Virus record (IMG/VR): IMGVR_UViG_3300020478_001251
Span: 19,278-83,277 of that record
Strand: one strand, 5' to 3'
Length of the DNA stretch: 64,000 bases
From: a virus
A program made the position numbers and the translations under genes. Positions 20,090-28,600 of this stretch are shown piece after piece. Each line of letters begins with the position of its first letter. Position 1 is the first letter of the stretch. The notes under the pieces were generated by a model. That model was given only the letters and a program-made list of their open reading frames with translations, had not been told where the DNA came from and did not search any database.

Positions 20090-21522
20090 AAAGTAACCTT
20101 TAGATGTAAATAATTTCTTACATTTTTTTCTTCAATAATCTCATAATGTAATGTAGTTAATCCATCTTCTAATAAATTACTTTTATTATTACGAATTTGG
20201 TCAAAAAATTTAATTTGATTTAATCTTGTTGATTCAGTTTTCCATCTACCTGCATTATATCCTGTAGGAGCATGTTTTAATAACTTAAATGTAGATGGTC
20301 TTCTAAATGGTTTATTTACTTTTATATCTTCATTTTCCATTTCTGTTCGTGGGATACAATTAAAAGTTTTTGGCCAAAATCTTTCTTCTTGATGATTTAC
20401 CAAATCAATTACTTTACCATGTTCATACTCCCATTGTCTTTCAAGTAGTAAATGTTTAAAATCATAGTAAATTTTTAAATTTTCACAACTACTATATTGT
20501 CCTGTATTTGTTAAATAATTTACTCCATGATTTTCATGTAATTCCATTACTTCATTTCCACTCAACCCTACATTCCAATATGCAAAATCTTTTACGAGTC
20601 CTCTATAACCTTTAATATCACCTTTTCTTCTTGGCACACCAGTTCCAATATAGAAAAATTGAGTATCTGTATTTAGAAGTTTTCTTGGAATAACTTTTCT
20701 ACCAACTTCTTCACCATCTTGATACATAACCAAAACTCGTGTACTTCTATCATAAGTGACAGTTATTCTTGTAAGTTTTGGTGGTGAATGCTCTGATGTT
20801 ATCGAGTAACATTCTTTTTCAGTATCCCAACATTCAAATTTATAACGATTAAATGAACTATAACTGATTGTTGTATCCCAACCTGGTAAAGACCAAACAC
20901 AATATTCATCAAATGGTTTATTGTATTCTGGAATAATTTCATCAGGTTTAAAAGTACAATGTATAGTGAAACTATTTTCAATATCAATTGTATTGTAACA
21001 TTGAATATAACTTTCATCACCATGTATATACAAGCCTGAATTATATTCTTTTTCAGATTTATGAACTGAAAAATCTGTTCCTATTTGTTGTTCAGTTAAT
21101 CGTAAAAGTAAATCATCATCCTCAAATCCCCAACCCCAATATTCATTGGAATAACCATTTACTTTTTTAAATGAATCAATTGGAAAGATTGTAACGCCAC
21201 CGAAATATGTATCCCATACTTCTTGTTTACCACCTTCAAAATTTGTAGCCAAATGTATTGGAACATCTGAGGCGGAATAATCTACATCAACTGGTAACAT
21301 ATCAATATCATGAAATACTACATACTCACACCTTTTCTTTAGTGCTTGTTCAAATCCTATATTGAGTAGTTTACCTCGATTAAATGGTAAATTATCATTT
21401 TGTTCAACAATAATTAAATGATACGAGATATCCTTATCATTAAAGTATGTTTCTATGTATTCTTTAAATTTTCGTAAATGTGTTGGTCTAGCACGATAAG
21501 GAACAATAATTCCTAATTTCAT
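20086..21522 (-). CDS. GT7 glycosyltransferase with inserted LamG-like domain (tandem paralog)
   Basis: PYR, FNRGKLLNIGF, FHDID, YFGGV, NGYSNEYWGWGFEDDD, then a LamG-like segment (ITVTYD...MYQDG...FYIG...AYWN). Confidence 0.88.
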   Translation of the reverse strand: MKLGIIVPYRARPTHLRKFKEYIETYFNDKDISYHLIIVEQNDNLPFNRGKLLNIGFEQALKKRCEYVVFHDIDMLPVDVDYSASDVPIHLATNFEGGKQEVWDTYFGGVTIFPIDSFKKVNGYSNEYWGWGFEDDDLLLRLTEQQIGTDFSVHKSEKEYNSGLYIHGDESYIQCYNTIDIENSFTIHCTFKPDEIIPEYNKPFDEYCVWSLPGWDTTISYSSFNRYKFECWDTEKECYSITSEHSPPKLTRITVTYDRSTRVLVMYQDGEEVGRKVIPRKLLNTDTQFFYIGTGVPRRKGDIKGYRGLVKDFAYWNVGLSGNEVMELHENHGVNYLTNTGQYSSCENLKIYYDFKHLLLERQWEYEHGKVIDLVNHQEERFWPKTFNCIPRTEMENEDIKVNKPFRRPSTFKLLKHAPTGYNAGRWKTESTRLNQIKFFDQIRNNKSNLLEDGLTTLHYEIIEEKNVRNYLHLKVTL

Positions 21523-21737
21523 TACTTATCTTTTTCTGGTTTAGTACCAACAAACTTATCGTGGAATTCAAATAAATACCATTGGAGTCTCTCACTCCAT
21601 TCTGCTTTATCTACATCTTCAAACCATATTGTAAGTGCATCTAAAACATTAGCAATCTTTTCTAATGCTTTTACTTTTCTTTCTTCCAATATTAGTTGTT
21701 CGTTTGTTTTTGCTGTATTAGCCATATAAAACCTCAT
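21522..21737 (-). CDS. small hypothetical protein
   Basis: Fills the gap between genes, follows a promoter-like motif, and has a GAGG upstream of the likely start MANTAK (21725). Confidence 0.6.
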   Translation of the reverse strand: MRFYMANTAKTNEQLILEERKVKALEKIANVLDALTIWFEDVDKAEWSERLQWYLFEFHDKFVGTKPEKDK

Positions 21738-21774
21738 GAGTTTAGTTTAAGTGTTATAACAATAATAAATATAA

Positions 21775-22677
21775 TTATAAGTTTGAAATATTCAATATTT
21801 TTTTAGTTAATATATTCCATTTCCTATAATGATTATAGTTTGGAACATCTACCCTTTCAAACATATAATTTCTTTCATTTAAATCTAATTTATAGTCCAA
21901 ATATTCAATTGCAGATAACATTTTCTTATATTCATGTGCAAATGCCTCTACTGCGGTTGAATTACTTACTTGTTTCAACCTTTCTAATACTGAATAATCC
22001 CATTTAAAATGGTGAACTTGTGTAAAATTCTTTTCTACTGGATATCTTAATGGATGTGATTTACCCCAAGATGTTTTTCCATCTTCAAATTGTATAAAAT
22101 GTTGACCAGGTACAACATTATGTTTTCCTTTTAATAATGTAACTTTATTTGCTTCTGCTCTACTTAATGGATATCTAAAGAATCCTGCATTTGGCATTTC
22201 TTTCCACACATCACTTTCCAATGTTATCTTTGGAAAACAACCATCTTCTCCTATTCTATCAATAAATCCACCTGTTACAAATTCATAACCATATTCTTCA
22301 CACTCCTCAATAATCTGATATGTTGGTTTAGAATATAATTGTAATTCATCATCATCTGCTACTATCCACCACTCATCTGGTTTTAATGATGTGGTTTCAT
22401 TATAAAGTTCTGTAACACGATTCCAATTGAATGGTTCTTCTATTGCAATCTTATGTGGTTTTAAATTAAATTTATCTAATATTTCCAATCCTTGTTCAAT
22501 AACAGGGTCATCTTTATGATGTGCATATAAAACTACAAAAATTTCCTTGACATTGTATTGATAATGTTGTAACATATGGTATAACATTGTTGTGTTATGT
22601 CCACAAACTGTCACTAAATTTTCTTTTGGTTTCATTTTTTCCTCACTATTGTTAATCCTGTTGAACTTGGTTTCCAA
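21775..22677 (-). CDS. GT2-like (GT-A fold) glycosyltransferase
   Basis: WWIVADDDEL DxD motif, GGFIDR, PGQH, VHHFKW. Likely start at 22635 (ATGA overlap). Confidence 0.65.
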   Translation of the reverse strand: METKFNRINNSEEKMKPKENLVTVCGHNTTMLYHMLQHYQYNVKEIFVVLYAHHKDDPVIEQGLEILDKFNLKPHKIAIEEPFNWNRVTELYNETTSLKPDEWWIVADDDELQLYSKPTYQIIEECEEYGYEFVTGGFIDRIGEDGCFPKITLESDVWKEMPNAGFFRYPLSRAEANKVTLLKGKHNVVPGQHFIQFEDGKTSWGKSHPLRYPVEKNFTQVHHFKWDYSVLERLKQVSNSTAVEAFAHEYKKMLSAIEYLDYKLDLNERNYMFERVDVPNYNHYRKWNILTKKILNISNL

Positions 22678-23354
22678 GATACTTTATTATGATTAAAGAA
22701 GTTAAATACTTCAAATTTTCTTTTATCTATTGTTTTAACAAACTCAGAAGGACCTGTTAAATCATCACCTTTATGACCTTCTAATTCTACAAAATTTTCT
22801 ACATACTCTTTATCAGTATCATGTATTGTAATTAAACCACCTTTATTCATTATCTGTGAATACAATTCAAAATCTTTTTTAACACCCTCAAAAGTATGGT
22901 CTGCATCTATATGTAATAAATCTATTTTAATATCTTGTTTCACAAAGAAATCATAATATGCCTTTTCCGTTGTTTCTTTTATAAACTTTGGATGAAAATG
23001 TCTACGAAAAACACTATCCTCTTCTACCCAATCTACATTACCATTAAAACCATTACAAGCATCTACAACATAAGTACTTCCATTATCTCCCCACTCCATA
23101 CAAACTTCTTTATAAAATCCTTGTTCAGATAAATCATATCTTGCTTGTGTCATTATTCTTGGTATAAATCCACCACCACTTCCTAAACAAACTAATGTTT
23201 TAAATTTAAAGAACTGAACTAAGGTGTAAATAATTAAACCATCACCGAGATGCATATCATCTGCACCATGACTCCAACGATAAGGAACTTCTTCTCCTTC
23301 ATTCGTTGTGATATAATTCATTATATAATCATAATTTAATATTGAATTTTTCAT
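22632..23354 (-). CDS. class I SAM-dependent methyltransferase (Methyltransf_24-like)
   Basis: VCLGSGGG, IDLLHIDADHTFEGVKKDF, GGLITIHDT. Confidence 0.85.
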   Translation of the reverse strand: MKNSILNYDYIMNYITTNEGEEVPYRWSHGADDMHLGDGLIIYTLVQFFKFKTLVCLGSGGGFIPRIMTQARYDLSEQGFYKEVCMEWGDNGSTYVVDACNGFNGNVDWVEEDSVFRRHFHPKFIKETTEKAYYDFFVKQDIKIDLLHIDADHTFEGVKKDFELYSQIMNKGGLITIHDTDKEYVENFVELEGHKGDDLTGPSEFVKTIDKRKFEVFNFFNHNKVSWKPSSTGLTIVRKK

Positions 23355-23371
23355 AAAACCTTTTTTAAATA

Positions 23372-24412
23372 TTAATCAAATGGATTATCGTTACTTCCCT
23401 TATTGTGTACCAAGAATGTTTTACCAAAATATACATCCAATGGTTCTACATCAATCTGAACTACTTCGAATCCATCTTCACTTTGAACCTTTTCTAAACT
23501 TGTAATTAAAACTTCATTTCCATTCTTATCCATTAAATGTCCACCAGTCAACATATTTGGAACTAAATTCCACATCCAAGTATTTTCACCAACTGGTTTA
23601 TATAACATTTCATGTTCACCTGTAATTCTCTCTTCTCCGTTATTTATATTCCAATAACTTTGAACAAAATCAAAATTAATATCTTGAATACTGGCCGAAT
23701 GTATTGTAAATGATTCTGTTTTTTCATCTGGAAACCTACAACTTCTCCAATCATCATTATCTTCATCTAACTGACCTGGCATTTCCATTGATTTTATCCA
23801 CTCTCCAATATTCAACTCTTCAACCTTTTTATATGAACCATCTGCCATTTCTATTTTTGTTCCCTCTAATAAACAACTTGGTGAACCACCATAACTATCA
23901 ACAATAGTTACAGCCTTTGTTCTTGAAGTATTATAATTAGTTGCATGGTCATTATACCCATCAGTTTGTCCATCTTCTTTAAACTTAACACTAACATTCA
24001 TACTAATATTATTTGTTCCTGCGGGAAACCAATCACTATCATCACCTGTGCCAGTATTTGCATTTGATATTGCAGCGGCTGCAAACGAACCTGTAGCTCC
24101 TTGATTGGTAAGTGTTGCACCAGAAGTACTTAAACTCCATTCAAAGTTACTTGTTCCTTTTCCAATCTTATCATTAAACTTAGAACCTTTACCAGTAAAA
24201 CCTAACACATAAGTTTCTGTAGTACTTTCCCAAACATAATTATACCCAGTCAAACTATCAACTGATGTGATTGAAAAATCACTCATTTTAGTTGTAGTTG
24301 GACTTCCACCAGCTTCAGATAATGAAGTTCGTGTGGTATAATTAGAACGAGAACCACTCACGGCTCTTCCTAATTTTCCTAATGATAATATTTGTGCTGC
24401 TGTTGTTGCCAT
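23372..24412 (-). CDS. Ser/Thr-rich virion-type protein with C-terminal Hint (BIL-like) domain
   Basis: CLLEGTKIEMADGSYKKVEEL..GE (block A), ITGEH (block B), DVEPLDVYF...LVHN-K. Hint spans about 23402-23875. Confidence 0.85.
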   Translation of the reverse strand: MATTAAQILSLGKLGRAVSGSRSNYTTRTSLSEAGGSPTTTKMSDFSITSVDSLTGYNYVWESTTETYVLGFTGKGSKFNDKIGKGTSNFEWSLSTSGATLTNQGATGSFAAAAISNANTGTGDDSDWFPAGTNNISMNVSVKFKEDGQTDGYNDHATNYNTSRTKAVTIVDSYGGSPSCLLEGTKIEMADGSYKKVEELNIGEWIKSMEMPGQLDEDNDDWRSCRFPDEKTESFTIHSASIQDINFDFVQSYWNINNGEERITGEHEMLYKPVGENTWMWNLVPNMLTGGHLMDKNGNEVLITSLEKVQSEDGFEVVQIDVEPLDVYFGKTFLVHNKGSNDNPFD

Positions 24413-24440
24413 AATATTTCCTATGTTACACTTATAAATA

Positions 24441-25595
24441 TCACTCGTTATACATTCTTAACATTTTTTCAACCCACTCTTCTTTATTTCCATAATGTTT
24501 ATCTAAATACTCTCGTAATGGAAAAACATAATCTCTTCTACCATCAATTGATAAATCACAAATCTTTTTATGTTGTTCATGAAATTCTTCAAGTGTTCCT
24601 GCTCTAAATGGATAATCATAACTTGGTATCCAATCGTGAGCTAATATTGGTATTTTACCATAATCTAATGCCTGAAATATACTATACCCAAATGGTTCAT
24701 AAATATGTGCTGAATGTGATATTCCCCAATCTCTTTTCATAAATTTATCTTGATTATCATAATTAAAATTATAAACTTTCCAACCATCTCGATTTAAATC
24801 ACAATTTCTTTGCCACCACAAAATATCTTTTCCCTTAGTGTGTAATATAGAATCTAATCCTTGCATAAAATGTGGACATTTTCTTGTTTCCATTCTTGAA
24901 GCAAATCCAACTTGATTACTATCATTTACATCAAGATTATTTTTAAACTCATAAAAATTTGGAATATGTTCTACAGGATGTTTTAATTCTCTTTCGTTAA
25001 CACCAATCCAAAATGGATGTTTAGCAAGTTTACATAAATCATCTTCCCACTTCTGTTCCATATAAAAATGAAAAGAATTTCTTAAATCAAGAATCATTCC
25101 TGATTTTAATACATCGGCAACTGAAACATGAATTGCATTACTATGTATTTTATGTTTATTTTCTACAATATATTTATGTGGTGCATAATAACCATGTAAA
25201 ATATTTATTCTTCGAGCATTACCCAATAATTCTTTAAATTTTGTTGTATCATCACCTTGCCAATGATGTTCCAAATCATCTTTTAATATTTGTCTATAAT
25301 CTTTTTTAGGTTTATCTTTTGTTTTTTCAACTACTTTATTAAATGTTTTTTCAATTTTTTTCTGTACTTGTCTACCAGTATTTCCACCTCTACCAACTTT
25401 TACACTATTCTCAAAAGTTTTCTTTTGTTCCTCTGTTTGTGGTTTACTCGGTTTATTTCTATGTATAAGTAACTTAGGTTTTACATCTAACTTTGGTGCA
25501 ATTTCTTCTATCCAATGGTTAACCCAAACATCAGCTCCACCACCAACCATACCAGCACCACCTGTTGAATAATAAACATCATATTCTTCTGACAT
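24441..25595 (-). CDS. GT-B fold (GT4-like) glycosyltransferase
   Basis: GGGADVWV at the N-terminus, GFASRMETRK, YEPFGYSIFQALDYGKIPI (EPFG...A..G.P motif). Confidence 0.75.
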   Translation of the reverse strand: MSEEYDVYYSTGGAGMVGGGADVWVNHWIEEIAPKLDVKPKLLIHRNKPSKPQTEEQKKTFENSVKVGRGGNTGRQVQKKIEKTFNKVVEKTKDKPKKDYRQILKDDLEHHWQGDDTTKFKELLGNARRINILHGYYAPHKYIVENKHKIHSNAIHVSVADVLKSGMILDLRNSFHFYMEQKWEDDLCKLAKHPFWIGVNERELKHPVEHIPNFYEFKNNLDVNDSNQVGFASRMETRKCPHFMQGLDSILHTKGKDILWWQRNCDLNRDGWKVYNFNYDNQDKFMKRDWGISHSAHIYEPFGYSIFQALDYGKIPILAHDWIPSYDYPFRAGTLEEFHEQHKKICDLSIDGRRDYVFPLREYLDKHYGNKEEWVEKMLRMYNE

Positions 25596-25649
25596 TATAA
25601 CTCCTTTAATATAAATATAAAATTAAATCCTCTTAATGTTAATTATTTA

Positions 25650-28600
25650 TTAAGGTGCTTTTCCTGCATTATGAACAGCAATAGCATTATCACCAAGTTT
25701 TACAAAATAAGTATTATTATCCTCAACATCTAACTTAACAAACAACGCTTCAGATTCAGTATAATTTATCGTTTTAATACTCACAAGTTCTTTATTTGAA
25801 TTAACTAATTTATCAGTATATTTATCTAACGACTTAGCCCTTACCCAACAATATTTAGGTGTAGCTTCTGTAATATTTCCATCATTATTTAATGATAAAT
25901 CTCTATACACTAAGAATGGATGTTCATATGTTGATTTTATACTATTATCATTTTCATCAATTATTTCATAATGGTCATAATAATAATCTTGTCCATTAAA
26001 TACTGCATCTGAATCTGTTATTGATGCACCCGCAATTGAACCTGTTGACCAAAAACCATAATCACCAAAATTATCACTATTTGGTAAACCATCAATATTC
26101 ATAGATTTTAATGAATCTGTTAATGTTACATCTTCAATATTTTTCCAAGTTCCATCATTCATCCATACTTTAGTTCCTAATGCAAAACAAGTTGTACCAG
26201 TACCACCTGATTCATCAAATACATTAACATTTACTTTCACTGCTTTCTTATTCAATCCAGCAGTTTCAGAGTTGTAAAATGCTTTAATAACATAATTCTC
26301 TTCAATAGTACCTTCAGCAGTAATTCCTGTCTCCATACCCAAAGCAACAAAAGCTTTTGAATTATCATCGGTCATATCACCACCAACCCAAAGTTTAATT
26401 GTATCTAATGCAGATACTTCATTTGAAATGGCACCTGAGAATCCACTATATGCTTCTGTAGTTGCAGTTTGATTTTGTAATTTAACTCTTAAAGTTGTTG
26501 TACCATCCGTACTAACTGCACCAGCCGAACCTGTTCTTCCAATATTCAAATGCATTTTCATACCAGAACCAGCAGTTCCTGGGAAATTATTATTACTTGT
26601 ATCATTAATGTGAAAATATACTTCGACATCATCTGTTCCAGAAAGTTCACCCGATTCCACACTCGTTCCACCTATCCACCAAATTTCATCACCTTGTCCT
26701 TGATATCCTGAAATGTTAACATCATATGGATATGTTAATGGTGTTCCAGGAACTCTCCATACCAACGCATCATTTGCACTGACAGTGAATGAATGATTAT
26801 TTGCAAGATTTCCACTTGTTGAACTTGGATAACCACCATATTTACAATAAATTGTCCAACTACCAGGTTCTAATGATACAGAACTAAATGTAAATGGTCC
26901 TGTTCCTGTGGTAGTTCCTAAGTTTTTCCAACTTGAACCATTATAAGCTCCAAAATAAAGTGTGGCATCATTATTGACTGTAATAGTTCCACTATTTACA
27001 GCTCCACCAAATTGATTTACACCATTTCTTGAATTCCTAACATTCGCTCCATTAGTATAACTACCATTTGTTACTGAAGTTACAGATTTTCCAGTTGAAT
27101 TTGCCGCTAATGCAGAATATCCACCATTATTCCATTCAAACCCAACTGCATCATTAATAGAACTATTTCTTGTCCAAGTAAACGCTACAGTCTTTGTTGT
27201 TGCTTTACCGGTTATTGTAACCGACCTATCATTATTTGCACCATATGTATAATCAGCTAAATCACCTATGGAACTAACCGAGGCACCCGTTGTAGTTTGT
27301 GAAGAAGCTAAACTTGATATTGCATCTGGTGGTATTGCCAGTTCATCGTAATATTCATCAATCCCACCATCTGCACCTATTTTCATCACATCATTATTAT
27401 ATGCACTCAAACCACTATTCCATTGATAGTTATGATAATATTGATTAGCACCATCTGTAATAGCAACTGACCCATCTGCCATAAGTTTATAAACTTCAGT
27501 TCCATCACCAACAGGGTCATTAAGGTCTCCATAAATTCTACAATCACTTCCAGCTGCACCACCTCCTGTTGTATCATTAAATGCACCTTCTGGTGTAGAA
27601 TAACCACCAGACCATTTTCCTGTAGAACTATTACAGGATTGATAAGTAGTCAATGTGTTTGGATGGTTTAAACTAACAGAAGTGGTAAATAAAACTGGTG
27701 AAACAGTCGGGTCATTAGTTGTATCATGATTTTGAAATGTAAAACGAACTTTAGCTGTTGTTGTTCCAGTTCCTACAGCGGCATCTACATATCCTAAATT
27801 TATAACCTCATCAACAATTTCACGCTCAGTTGTATGACTATCATCTATATTAGAAAGTGTAACTGATGTTGTATTACCAGTCGAAGTAGAATAACCGACT
27901 GTATTACTACCATCAGATAAATCTATCACTACATTCATGGCAGAAGCACCAAGTTGTCTAAATCCTTGATATGTAAAATCCTCGACCACTAATTGGTCTG
28001 ATTCTACACCAACTTTTAAACTTGTTTTGTTTAAACTCATCGCACTTATCGCAGGATAATGATACAATGCAATTCCAACTGCTGTTGCAGATGTTGTATC
28101 AGAATCAGAACCACCCTCACAAGTAATATCAAGTGTTACTGTCCCAGTTCCTGCAGTTCCTGTTGCCGTTAATAATGCCGTAGATGTAGATGCATCACTA
28201 ATTGACCAAACGGCAGTATTATCACTATAAGCATAAGTAACAACATTATCTGTTGCATTTGTTGGTGAATTAAAATGTAATGTTGTATCTGTACTATTAT
28301 TTAAAGTAGTTCTAAATATTGTGGCTGGTGCACTAATTACATTTTTACTATTAGTTGCATCTGGATAAAGTTGATATCGAGCTGATGCATTTGCAGTTCC
28401 AGATTCATCCGAAGTAGATGCACCACCATTATCATCAACATAAGAATTATCATTATATGGCACCATTCTATAATAATAATTTGTAGTGTTTGTAGAATGA
28501 CCATCAAGTGTAATAGAAGTACCTGTAGTTGTTTTACCACTAACATTTCCCCAAGTGACATCATCGGAAGACCTTTGTAGTTGGTAATATGCCGCATATG

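Noticed and set aside
23402-26189. Hint domains as ordinary mobile inteins
   Set aside because: No homing endonuclease, no Cys/Ser/Thr at +1, and located at the extreme C-termini of structural proteins rather than in conserved enzyme motifs.
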